DNA from: Bacillota bacterium
GTDB lineage: Bacteria > Bacillota > Clostridia > Oscillospirales > Oscillospiraceae
Length of the DNA: 64,000 bases
NCBI GenBank assembly: GCA_021200975.1
Contig: JAJQFT010000108.1
Span: forward strand, 186 to 64,185
Direction of reading: 5' to 3'
Part shown: piece by piece, positions 46,903 to 55,150 of the stretch
How the letters are laid out: every line of letters begins with the position of its first letter
How positions within the stretch are numbered: the stretch's first letter is position 1
Program-made: the position numbers and the translations under genes
The notes under the pieces: generated by a model
Database searches by the model: none
What the model saw: the letters and a program-made list of their open reading frames with translations, nothing else
Told to the model about the DNA's origin: nothing

Positions 46903-49086
46903 ATGAAAATGGATAAACTGTTCCACCGGGTGGCGGCGCTGGTTCTGGCGCTGTGCATGGTGCTTGGTATGGCCGCCTGCTCCGGCGAGGGGAATACCGA
47001 GTATCCCACCGACATTGTCAACGGCGACTTCGAGGAAATCGGCGACAACAATTCTTGGGTCGGCTGGACAAAGAACGACGCCGCCTTCAATGCCCGTGGC
47101 ATCGTCACCACCGAAACGCTTCGCGGCGTTACGATGGAGATGAGCGGCACGCATTACTTCAGCGGCACCGACGGCGGCAACCAGCCTATGCGCGGCACGC
47201 TTACCTCCGATACCTTCACGCTGGGCGGCACCGGCTACATCGCGTTCTCGATGGGCGCGGGGCTGGACACCGAGAAGTGCTACGTGGAGTTCTTTGAGGA
47301 GGGCAACGATACCGCCATCGCCCACGTTGTCAATTCCGACTGCGATGGGCTGTACATCACCGACCACCTGATTACCAAGGTCGTGGACCTCTCCGCCTAC
47401 ATTGGAAAGAATATCTATATCGTCATCACGGATAATGACGACGGCACCAACTACTCCTACCTGAATTTCGACAATTTCCGCGTGCTGAGCTCGCAGGAGG
47501 AAATCGACGCGGCGAACGCCGACTATGCCCGCCAGATCGAGGAATACGGCGAGAAGCCCTTCGAGGAGGACGAAACCTCCACTACCATCGTCAACGGCGA
47601 CTTTGAAACCGGCGACCTGACCGGCTGGAAGATCCTCGAGGGCAGCGCGTTGACCCTCGCTGCGCTTGTGCCCACCAGCCAGTACTACTGGGGCGACCGC
47701 AGCGTGTACGGCCAGGGCGATTGGTACATCGACGGCAGCAACAACGGCGAGATCCTTGAAAGCGCGACCGGCGCGATTCGCTCCACCAAGTTCACCCTCG
47801 CGGGCGACGGCTATATCAGCTTCATGATGGGCGCGGGCAACGGCGGCAGCTACGTGGCGCTGTGCGACGGCGAAACCGATGAGGAGCTGATTGTGGTATA
47901 CAACGAGTACTTCTCCGATCCCGCGCTGGCGCTCACATTGCTGCGCATGTACATGGATGCGAGCGAGTACATCGGCCGCGTGGTCTACCTGAAGGTCGTC
48001 GATGCCAACGACGGCAGCAACGGCGGCTTCGCCTTCATCAACGTGGATGATTTCCGCGTATCCCTTACGGCGGACGAGGTCGCGGCGCTGGAGGTGGAGC
48101 AGCTCGAGGCTATCCAGAACGAAACCTACACCTCCGCTTCCTACGATGACCTCGCCAGCCTGCGCAGCTACTACAGCAACTATCCCTACCTGATCCCGCT
48201 CAATTCGCTGACCATTACAAGCTACGTTCCCAACGCCGTGGTGGACTGCGGCACGGTGGATTTGACCGCCTACCTTGACAGCGCCGCCGCGACCTACGGC
48301 AGCAGCACCTTGACGGGCGCGGACTTCACCATCACGGGCGTGAGCGTCGGCGGCGAGGAGCTCGGCGGCGACTACGCTGCCGCAGACCTCAGCGTGCCGG
48401 GCTACTACAACGTCAGCTACACCGTGGAGTACAGCGGCAGCTCCGCCTCCGCCAGCTTTACGCTGGTGGCGCTCGCTGACCACAGCACCATCGCCAACGG
48501 CGATTTCGAGGCCGGCAATCTGGCCGGCTGGACGGTGCTGACCGAGGGCTGGTCGGTTGTGGAAGGGCAGGCCACCGGCGTCATCTCCGCTGAGACCTAC
48601 TGGGGCGAGGAGATGCCCTATAACCAGGGCGGCAGCTACCACCTCGACGGCTGGAACAACGGCCTTGACGAGAGCGCGACATGGCAGGTGCAGTCGTCCA
48701 CCTTCACCCTCTCCGGCTCCGGCTATTTCTCCCTGCGCATGGGCGGCCATGCCGCCGCTGTGCGGGTCTATACCACCGATGGCACCGAGATCGCCTACTA
48801 CCAGCAGACCCGCTTCAGCGATACCAACTTCCCGAGCATTGCGGCGGGCGGCTCCTGGGCAGATATGGGCACCTATGTGATGGATTTGAGCGACTATCTC
48901 GGCCAGGAGCTGTACATCGTCCTGTGCGATGAGGAGGCTTCCGGCTGGGCGCACGCCTTCTTCGATGAGATCGTCACCTATTACGAAACCGCTCCCGACT
49001 ATGCAAACAGCTACGACACCGTGACCGACGGCAACGCCTCCGGCGAAGTGCAGATTGCATGGCAGCTGGCGGAGAACCTGCTGTAA
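46903..49086 (+). CDS. Surface lipoprotein with three repeats of a beta-sandwich (CBM/LamG-like) module
   Basis: Lipobox LGMAACSG. Three modules each start (I/V)(V/A)NGDFE..G.L.GW and end FTL.G.GY(I/F)(S/A)(F/L).MG(A/G). Adjacent to GH32. Confidence 0.75.
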   Translation: MKMDKLFHRVAALVLALCMVLGMAACSGEGNTEYPTDIVNGDFEEIGDNNSWVGWTKNDAAFNARGIVTTETLRGVTMEMSGTHYFSGTDGGNQPMRGTLTSDTFTLGGTGYIAFSMGAGLDTEKCYVEFFEEGNDTAIAHVVNSDCDGLYITDHLITKVVDLSAYIGKNIYIVITDNDDGTNYSYLNFDNFRVLSSQEEIDAANADYARQIEEYGEKPFEEDETSTTIVNGDFETGDLTGWKILEGSALTLAALVPTSQYYWGDRSVYGQGDWYIDGSNNGEILESATGAIRSTKFTLAGDGYISFMMGAGNGGSYVALCDGETDEELIVVYNEYFSDPALALTLLRMYMDASEYIGRVVYLKVVDANDGSNGGFAFINVDDFRVSLTADEVAALEVEQLEAIQNETYTSASYDDLASLRSYYSNYPYLIPLNSLTITSYVPNAVVDCGTVDLTAYLDSAAATYGSSTLTGADFTITGVSVGGEELGGDYAAADLSVPGYYNVSYTVEYSGSSASASFTLVALADHSTIANGDFEAGNLAGWTVLTEGWSVVEGQATGVISAETYWGEEMPYNQGGSYHLDGWNNGLDESATWQVQSSTFTLSGSGYFSLRMGGHAAAVRVYTTDGTEIAYYQQTRFSDTNFPSIAAGGSWADMGTYVMDLSDYLGQELYIVLCDEEASGWAHAFFDEIVTYYETAPDYANSYDTVTDGNASGEVQIAWQLAENLL

Positions 49087-49172
49087 GCGGCGCGATCCGC
49101 CCGCGCGGCATCCATTCCCAAAGCACGATCCCCCGGGCGCAGCGTCCGGGGGATTGCGAAAAGGAGGAAACC

Positions 49173-51560
49173 ATGAAAAATAAAAAAGTACGCATTCTGG
49201 TGATTGCGCTGGCCGCGGTGCTGGTGATAGGCGTGGGCGTGGGGCTTGCCCTGCTCCTTGGCGGCGACGCGCACAGCAAGGATCTGCTGCTGTACCTGAA
49301 TTTTGACGAGGGCAGCGGCACGACCATCGTCGACTCGTCGGGGAATCTGGCGGATGCGGAGCTGAATTATATGTATTCCAGCGCGGTCTATATGGAAAGC
49401 CAAGACCCGCAATGGCGCAGCAGCGGCATTTCCGGCGGCTGCCTGCTTTTCGACGGCACCTCTACCTATATTTCCTACAAGCGCACGGAGCTTCAGGTGG
49501 AGGGGCAGCAGCTCACCATCAGCGTGTGGGTCGCACCCCGCACCTTTGAATGGGACGATCCCAACGCCGCCGAGAACGGCACGGATGTGCTCACCGGCAT
49601 CATCTCCCAGTGCACCAAGGACAGCAATCAGGGCTTCATCCTTGGCTACGAGCGCTATGGCCGCCTGAGCTTTCAGGTCGGCATCGGCAGCGAGTGGCTG
49701 ACCGTCTGGACAAACGGCGACAACCTGCAAACCTACGAGTGGAACCACGTCGTTGCAACCTTTGACGGCGTGAACGGCGAGATGTGCCTCTATCTCAACG
49801 GCGAGATGGTTGCTTCCCGTTCCGTGCCGGTCGGCTCGAGCATCGAGGCCGCCTCGGGCAAGACGCTGGTCGTCGGCCGCAATGTCGAGGGCGAGCGCCT
49901 CACCGCCGGCTTTGAGAACTGCCTGAGCGGCTATATGGACGAGCTGAAGGTGTACTCCGCCGTCCTTACCGCCGACGAGGTGGCGGACTCCTATGCCTCG
50001 GTGAGCGTGCCGGAGATTGTCTTTGAGGAGATCTGGCTGCAAAATATCCTTCAGGAAGACTACACCAAGACCCAGTACCACGGCGGCCCCTACCAGTTCT
50101 GGATGAACGAGCCGCACGCGCCGGTGTACTATAACGGAATGTACCACCTGTTCTACCAGCAGAATATGTCCGGCTCGTACTGGCGCAATATCTGCTGGGG
50201 GCATCTGGTAAGCACCGACATGGTCAACTGGACGCCGGTTAAGGAGGCAATCGTGGCCACGGAGGATACCGTCGTGCCGGATGGCGTATGGTCGGGCAAC
50301 GCGGCCTACGACTGCAACGGCGTGCCGGTGCTGTTCTTCACGGCCGGCAACGACAGCTACCTCGAAACCGAGGGCCTGATTTCCAACCAGAATATCGGCG
50401 CGGCCTATCCGGCGGATTTGTCTGACCCCTACCTGACCGAATGGGTCATCTGCGACGAGCTGGCGGTGATTCAGCAGGCCGGGCAGGGACGCGCGGGTGA
50501 ATTCCGCGACCCCTATATCTGGCAGGACGACGACGGCTGGTATATGCTCATCTGCTCCGGCAGCACCACGACCACCGGCGGCACGGCGCTGTTATACCAT
50601 ACCGACACGCTCGAGGTGCTGGGCGACGGCGTGATTGACATGGATTGGCAGTACATCGGCCCCATCTACGAGATGGAGAATCCCTCCGGCCTGTACGGAA
50701 CCTCCTGGGAGCTGCCCATCCTGATGCCCATCTCCAACGAGGAGGGCACCATCACGAAGTATATGTTCGTATTCTCACCCGCCCCGGCCTCCACCGCCGA
50801 TAATAAGATTTATTATTTCCTGGGCGATTTCGACAAGGAAACCGGCAAATTTACCCCGGATGAGAGCTTCGGCGGTACGCCGCGGATGCTCGACTACGGC
50901 GCGAATGTCTTCACGGGGCCGAGCGCCTTCGTTGACCCGGTGAGCGGCGATACCATCATGTTCTCCATCATGCAGGACCAGCGCTCGGCGGCGAACCAAG
51001 GCGCGTCCGGCTGGGCGCACTGCGTCGGCCTCGCGCGCAGGATTTGGCTCAGCAGCGATGGCAGCGACCTTTGCATCGCCCCGATTGACGCGATTACCAC
51101 CCTCGAAACCGAGGTGCTCGTGGATGTCACCGACCTGACGCTGGACGAGGCGAACGCCCTGCTCGCCGAGGTGGACAGCGATATGTACCACTTAGTTGTC
51201 ACGATTGACGCGGGAAGCGCCGATTCCTTCGGCATCGAGCTGCTTGCCGGCGGCAAGTGGGACTACACCTCCTACACCTATGAGGTGGATAAGCAGATGA
51301 TCAACGGCGAAACCGCCAATAAGGGCGGCGACGCCTCCACCAGCTTCACCTCCGGCTCGCTGGCGCTGGAAGACGGGAAGCTGACGATGGAAATTTACGT
51401 CGATCGCTCGCTCATTGAGGCGTTCTTCAACGACAGCAAGGCGCTCACCATTCGCGCCTACCCCGAGGAGGAGGACTCCCACGGCATCAGCCTGTTCAGC
51501 GACGGTACCATCACCATCGACAGCCTCTACGTCGCGCAGATGGGCTCCATTTACGAATAA
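49173..51560 (+). CDS. Membrane-anchored LamG plus GH32 fructan beta-fructosidase (levanase/inulinase-like)
   Basis: N-terminal TM segment. LamG block LYLNFDEGSGTTIVDSSGN...ISVWVAPR. GH32 motifs WMNEPHAPVYYNGMYHLFYQ, FRDPYIW and SWELPIL. Confidence 0.9.
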   Translation: MKNKKVRILVIALAAVLVIGVGVGLALLLGGDAHSKDLLLYLNFDEGSGTTIVDSSGNLADAELNYMYSSAVYMESQDPQWRSSGISGGCLLFDGTSTYISYKRTELQVEGQQLTISVWVAPRTFEWDDPNAAENGTDVLTGIISQCTKDSNQGFILGYERYGRLSFQVGIGSEWLTVWTNGDNLQTYEWNHVVATFDGVNGEMCLYLNGEMVASRSVPVGSSIEAASGKTLVVGRNVEGERLTAGFENCLSGYMDELKVYSAVLTADEVADSYASVSVPEIVFEEIWLQNILQEDYTKTQYHGGPYQFWMNEPHAPVYYNGMYHLFYQQNMSGSYWRNICWGHLVSTDMVNWTPVKEAIVATEDTVVPDGVWSGNAAYDCNGVPVLFFTAGNDSYLETEGLISNQNIGAAYPADLSDPYLTEWVICDELAVIQQAGQGRAGEFRDPYIWQDDDGWYMLICSGSTTTTGGTALLYHTDTLEVLGDGVIDMDWQYIGPIYEMENPSGLYGTSWELPILMPISNEEGTITKYMFVFSPAPASTADNKIYYFLGDFDKETGKFTPDESFGGTPRMLDYGANVFTGPSAFVDPVSGDTIMFSIMQDQRSAANQGASGWAHCVGLARRIWLSSDGSDLCIAPIDAITTLETEVLVDVTDLTLDEANALLAEVDSDMYHLVVTIDAGSADSFGIELLAGGKWDYTSYTYEVDKQMINGETANKGGDASTSFTSGSLALEDGKLTMEIYVDRSLIEAFFNDSKALTIRAYPEEEDSHGISLFSDGTITIDSLYVAQMGSIYE

Positions 51561-51584
51561 CCATTCTTTTCTTCCATATCACAA

Positions 51585-51635
51585 GCAAAGCTCTGGGCGC
51601 CCCGGCGGAAGCCGGGTGTACGTCCAGAGCTTTGC
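51585..51635. repeat. Palindromic element / bidirectional terminator between convergent genes
   Basis: Perfect 12-bp arms GCAAAGCTCTGG ... CCAGAGCTTTGC enclosing a nested hairpin CCCGGC-GGAA-GCCGGG. Confidence 0.6.
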
Positions 51636-51665
51636 CGCGCCTTGCGCGGCTGGGGCGTTCGCAGT

Positions 51666-52430
51666 TTAGTCGGCAAGCTCGTCGAAATGCGCGCCGATGT
51701 CGGTGTAAATGTGCGCATCGCTGGCCTTGTAAACGGTCACGCCGTGGCGGCGCAGCGCGGCGTGAAATTCCGGCGCGAGGCCGATGTTGGTAAAGCCATA
51801 GCGGGCGAAGCCGGCGTTGTTTTCGGTGGACATACCCGCCTCGGCGAGCGCGTAGGCGACCGCCTCATAGGCTTCGCTGAGCGGCTCGGAGGGGGAGAAG
51901 CCGAAAATCTTGATGCTGTCCGGGTGCGCCAAATGGCCAAACAGCCCGCTTTCAATCAGCTGGAGCATGATGGCGTAGTAGCGGCGGTAGAGCGCGTCCA
52001 CGTCCCGCCCGGCCCAGTCCTCGCGCGCAAAGTCGAAGGCAAAGCCGTCGATGTGATGCACGCTGCCGATGTAGAAATCGAGGTCATAGCGCGACAGCGC
52101 CGCGCGCAGCCATTGCTCGGCCTGCGGGAAGTAGCAGACCTCCAGCCCGAAGCGCAGGCGCACCGGGTATTCCTTCCGGCGGATTTTTTCGACAAAATCC
52201 AGATATTCCCCGATGTCGTGCCGCTTGTGCCGGACGTAGTGCGCGTAGGTATCCGGCTCGCAGGCGGTGCATTCGTATAGGGGGTCGAACTGCGAGAATT
52301 TGTGCGTGTGGTCGAGAAGGTGCAGCTCGTCCACGCCGCGCGAAAGCGCCACGGCGACCATATTTTCGATTGTCGCCTCGGTGTAGGGCTGCTTGTGGAA
52401 ATGAATGTGTGCATCGAGCAAGGCTCTCAC
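51666..52430 (-). CDS. PHP-family histidinol-phosphatase (HisJ/HisK type)
   Basis: LLDAHIHF ... LLDHTH ... SVHH ... AHPD ... SDAH metal-binding His/Asp pattern of the PHP domain. GTG start after AAGGGAG. Confidence 0.82.
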   Translation of the reverse strand: MRALLDAHIHFHKQPYTEATIENMVAVALSRGVDELHLLDHTHKFSQFDPLYECTACEPDTYAHYVRHKRHDIGEYLDFVEKIRRKEYPVRLRFGLEVCYFPQAEQWLRAALSRYDLDFYIGSVHHIDGFAFDFAREDWAGRDVDALYRRYYAIMLQLIESGLFGHLAHPDSIKIFGFSPSEPLSEAYEAVAYALAEAGMSTENNAGFARYGFTNIGLAPEFHAALRRHGVTVYKASDAHIYTDIGAHFDELAD

Positions 52431-52474
52431 GCTCCCTTTGCGCTCATTCTACCACAAACGCGGGCGGATTGCAA

Positions 52475-52568
52475 GGGAAGCTCGGAACAAATCGGCGGCG
52501 TCTTGCGCGCCCCTTTGCGCCGCCAAAAGCAGCGCCATCCGTCATCGCCGATGGATTCAGAGCTTCCC
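52475..52568. repeat. Intergenic palindromic repeat (long form)
   Basis: GGGAAGCTCGGAACAAATCGGCGGCGTCTTGCGCGCC ... GCCGATGGATTCAGAGCTTCCC. The right terminus overlaps the last codons and stop (GKL*) of the adjacent minus-strand gene. Confidence 0.65.
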
Positions 52569-52940
52569 GAGCCGCTCCAGCCGGCGCTCCGCCGCGCAGT
52601 ACAGGGCAAGCCCTGCAAAGCTCACGGGAAGCCACAGCAGCGAAAAAATCAGGCAGATTTGGCCGAGAAAATTGCAGGTCAGCGCGCGATAATCCCACAC
52701 GCTGTAGTCACGGTTGACGGCAAGCCCCGTCAGCAGCTCCAGCGCGGTGACCATTGCGGCCGAGAGCAGCAGCTGCGCCGCAAGCGGGAGCGCCGTCTGC
52801 CCGATTTTCCCAATCAGCAGAAAGCACAGCCCGCCGAGCAGGAACATACTCCCACAGCTGAAGCCCCGCCACACGCATTCGAGCGTGAAGTAGGCCGTCC
52901 CGCCCAGCGCGAAGAGCATACACGTTTTCCAGTATTTCAT
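52557..52940 (-). CDS. Small 4-TM membrane protein (putative ABC-transporter type IV / CmpB-like family)
   Basis: MKYWKTCMLFALGGTAYFTLECVWRG... pattern. GGAGGATAAAC RBS. Family assignment is from memory. Confidence 0.6.
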   Translation of the reverse strand: MKYWKTCMLFALGGTAYFTLECVWRGFSCGSMFLLGGLCFLLIGKIGQTALPLAAQLLLSAAMVTALELLTGLAVNRDYSVWDYRALTCNFLGQICLIFSLLWLPVSFAGLALYCAAERRLERLGKL

Positions 52941-53023
52941 GTTTATCCTCCGGTTTGCCTGCCTCGAATTGGGGGAACGCGGGAGGCACGGAGGAATTAT
53001 CTCCAAAATTGCGGAAATTTTAC

Positions 53024-53052
53024 TTGACAAACGGCAAAAAGATGCTTATAAT
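53024..53052 (+). promoter_or_regulatory. Consensus sigma-A promoter of the tRNA pair
   Basis: TTGACA (53024-53029), 17 nt, TATAAT (53047-53052). Confidence 0.7.
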
Positions 53053-53080
53053 AATCAAGCTCCACATTGGGGGCAGATTT

Positions 53081-53156
53081 GGCGGCATAACTCAGTTGGT
53101 AGAGTAGCCGGTTCATACCCGGTATGTCATCTGTTCGAATCAGATTGCCGCTACCA
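53081..53156 (+). tRNA. tRNA with CAU anticodon (Met; lysidine-modified Ile2 not excluded)
   Basis: Cloverleaf by hand: acceptor GGCGGCA/TGCCGCT, anticodon loop TTCATAC, T-loop TTCGAAT, encoded CCA. Confidence 0.85.
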
Positions 53157-53231
53157 GGCCCGTTGGTCAAGTGGTTAAGACACCGCCCTTTCACGGCGGT
53201 AACATGGGTCCGAATCCCGTACGGGTCACCA
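53157..53231 (+). tRNA. tRNA-Glu (UUC)
   Basis: Acceptor GGCCCGT/ACGGGTC, anticodon loop CTTTCAC, T-loop TCCGAAT, encoded CCA. Starts immediately after the CCA of the previous tRNA. Confidence 0.85.
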
Positions 53232-53235
53232 AAAA

Positions 53236-53275
53236 GATGCGCTGATGCTTCCCGGCATCAGCGCATTTTTTTGGA
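53236..53275 (+). terminator. Rho-independent terminator of the tRNA operon
   Basis: GATGCGCTGATGC-TTCCCG-GCATCAGCGCAT followed by TTTTTTT. Confidence 0.85.
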
Positions 53276-53313
53276 AAGCTGGGATCCATCGACTAGAGTG
53301 GATCGCGCTTTCC

Positions 53314-53592
53314 TTAGTCCCTCGGCGGCTTGCGCGGCGGGAGGCGGCATTCCTCCGGGCGGATTTCGACCAGCACAATGTCCGGCCCCACTTTCTTGAT
53401 GGCCTGCCACGGAATTCGCAGCTCGCCCGTGTGGCCGAGCATCCCGAAGTACCGGCACGGCCCCGGCACAATCACCGCCACAACCTCCCCTGTGGGAATT
53501 TCCACCTCCACATCCGATATGTAGCCGAGGCGTTTCCCGTCGGCTATGCAGATGACCTCCTTGCAGCGCAGCTCCGCGGTTCGTACTCCCAT
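53314..53592 (-). CDS. ylmC: YlmC/YmxH-family sporulation protein (PRC-barrel)
   Basis: LRCKEVICIADGKRLGYISDVEVEIPTGEVVAVIVPG...IPWQAIKKVGPDIVLV is the characteristic YlmC/YmxH pattern. Confidence 0.88.
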   Translation of the reverse strand: MGVRTAELRCKEVICIADGKRLGYISDVEVEIPTGEVVAVIVPGPCRYFGMLGHTGELRIPWQAIKKVGPDIVLVEIRPEECRLPPRKPPRD

Positions 53593-53663
53593 TGCTCCAC
53601 CCCCATTTCCCGGCCTCGGCAGAGGCCGGGAGTTTCATTTCAGTCTATGCGCGGCGCGGCGGC

Positions 53664-54443
53664 TTATGACACCGAGATGGATTTTCGCAGGCTCGCGATG
53701 GCGCCCTTTTCCAGCCGCGATACCTGTGCCTGCGAGATGCCGAGGCGGCCGGCGACCTCCGTCTGGGTCTTGCCATCGTAGAAGCGCAGCGAGAGGATTT
53801 GCTTCTCCCGCTCGTTGAGCTTGCCCAGCCCGCTCTGGAGCGCCAGATGCTCCATCCAGTTGCGCTCGGTATTCTTGCGGTCCCAGACCTGATCCATCAC
53901 GGTCAGCGCCTCGCCGCCGTCGGAATACACGCTGTCATACAGGCTCACCGGGGCGCAGACGGCCTCCAGCGCCTGCTGCACCTCCTCCTCGGGGATGCCG
54001 AGCTCGGCCGCGATTTCACGCGGCGCCGGCTCACGCCCGAGCCGCAGCGTCATCCCCTCCTTGCATTGCAGAACGCGGTAGGCCACGTCACGAATCGATC
54101 GCGAGACGCGAATGGCGCTGTTGTCGCGCAGGTAGCGGCGCACCTCGCCGGCAATCATGGGCACGCCATAGGTGGAGAATTTTACGTTTTTCTCCGCGTC
54201 AAAATTGGAAATGGCCTTCATCAGCCCGATGCAGCCCACCTGAAACAGGTCGTCCGGGCTTTCACCGCGCTTGTCGAAGCGCTGGATGACCGAAAGCACC
54301 AGCCGCAGATTTCCCTCGATGAGCGTCTGACGCGCCTGCTCGTCCCCGGCGCGGCTGCGCCGGAGAAGCTCCGTCATCTGCTCTTGGCTCAGGGTTCGCA
54401 GCTTTGAGGTGTTCACACCGCAGATTTCCACTTTTCCCTGCAT
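53664..54443 (-). CDS. sigG: Sporulation sigma factor sigma-G
   Basis: KVEICGVNTSKL..., GNLRLVLSVIQRFDKRGESPDDLFQVGCIGLMKAI.NFD and FSTYGVPMIAGEVRRYLRDNSAIRVSRS match SigG (SigF is less likely). ATG at 54443 after AGGAGG. Confidence 0.88.
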   Translation of the reverse strand: MQGKVEICGVNTSKLRTLSQEQMTELLRRSRAGDEQARQTLIEGNLRLVLSVIQRFDKRGESPDDLFQVGCIGLMKAISNFDAEKNVKFSTYGVPMIAGEVRRYLRDNSAIRVSRSIRDVAYRVLQCKEGMTLRLGREPAPREIAAELGIPEEEVQQALEAVCAPVSLYDSVYSDGGEALTVMDQVWDRKNTERNWMEHLALQSGLGKLNEREKQILSLRFYDGKTQTEVAGRLGISQAQVSRLEKGAIASLRKSISVS

Positions 54444-54731
54444 AGCTAGCCTCCTATTCGGATGTACAGGCAGTATTTCCCGCCGACGCAAAAAAATTCT
54501 CCGATTTCCACAAAAACTTTTTTCCAAAATCGGCTTCGCCTCGCCCAAATGCGGGCAAATGGGAGAAAAGGAAAACTTTTTCGCGCGACTCAGAACATAA
54601 TTCGCTCGCGCCCGACAGGGAGAAAATGCCGTTACGGAAACCGAATTTCAGGGAATTTTTGGCCTTCCGCGCGCAATTTTTGCGGCAGAGGGCAGGGGGA
54701 ATTTCCCGGCGAGGCTGTGGAAAAACCGAAC

Positions 54732-54761
54732 TTTTCCACATTGTCCACAAGCTTATCCACA
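54732..54761 (+). promoter_or_regulatory. Array of three head-to-tail DnaA boxes
   Basis: TTTTCCACA (54732-40), TTGTCCACA (54741-49) and TTATCCACA (54753-61), against the consensus TTATCCACA. Weaker boxes at 54514-22 and 54852-60. Confidence 0.6.
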
Positions 54762-54902
54762 GCGGGGAAAAGTCCGAAAACGGTTTCCATAACAACATTC
54801 GACCGATTTCGACGAAAACCCGACTTTTCCGGCTTCGTCATTTTTTCGTGTCCCTCCACAGCGGCTGCAAGCTGGAAAATTCGCCCGCGCCTGCGCTTGC
54901 CA

Positions 54903-54968
54903 AGGGAACGGGGCGGAAATCGAAGGGCGTTCTCCATCCGCGCGGCGCTCGCGGCAGACCGGATTCCC
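54903..54968. repeat. Degenerate copy of the palindromic intergenic repeat
   Basis: GGGAACGGGGCGGAAATCGAAGGGCG ... GCGGCAGACCGGATTCCC. Confidence 0.35.
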
Positions 54969-54995
54969 AAAAATTTTATAGATTGGAAAATATTA

Positions 54996-55024
54996 TTGCA
55001 ATTTCTAACGATTTGTGCTATACT
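54996..55024 (+). promoter_or_regulatory. Candidate sigma-A promoter of cas3
   Basis: TTGCAA (54996-55001), 17 nt, TATACT (55019-55024). Confidence 0.45.
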
Positions 55025-55036
55025 TTTTTGAAAGAA

Positions 55037-55090
55037 GGGAAGCTCTGAATAAATCGGCAGGATGCCGCAGGCGGTTTGTTCGGAGTTTCC
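55037..55090. repeat. Short copy of the palindromic repeat inside the cas3 leader
   Basis: GGGAAGCTCTGAATAAATCGGCAGGATGCCGCAGGCGG...CGGAGTTTCC. Confidence 0.5.
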
Positions 55091-55150
55091 AAGGATGTGA
55101 AAAATGCTATAAAAGGCCGGAGGGGCGGGCGAAAGGTGGCGCACGGCACG

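Noticed and set aside
54732-54761. Interpreting the DnaA-box array as the chromosomal replication origin (oriC).
   Set aside because: No dnaA, dnaN, rpmH or gidA-type neighbours are present. There are only three good boxes and no obvious AT-rich unwinding element with DnaA-trio repeats. A secondary DnaA-box cluster is more parsimonious. oriC cannot be formally excluded without a GC-skew analysis.
54444-55150. A possible CRISPR array or leader next to cas3, and ORFs 54462-55031, 54626-55048 and 54632-55216.
   Set aside because: I found no regularly spaced direct repeats of 25-40 bp, only short dispersed motifs and decayed palindromic elements. The ORFs are low-complexity (K/R/F/G-rich), lack RBSs and overlap each other on both strands.
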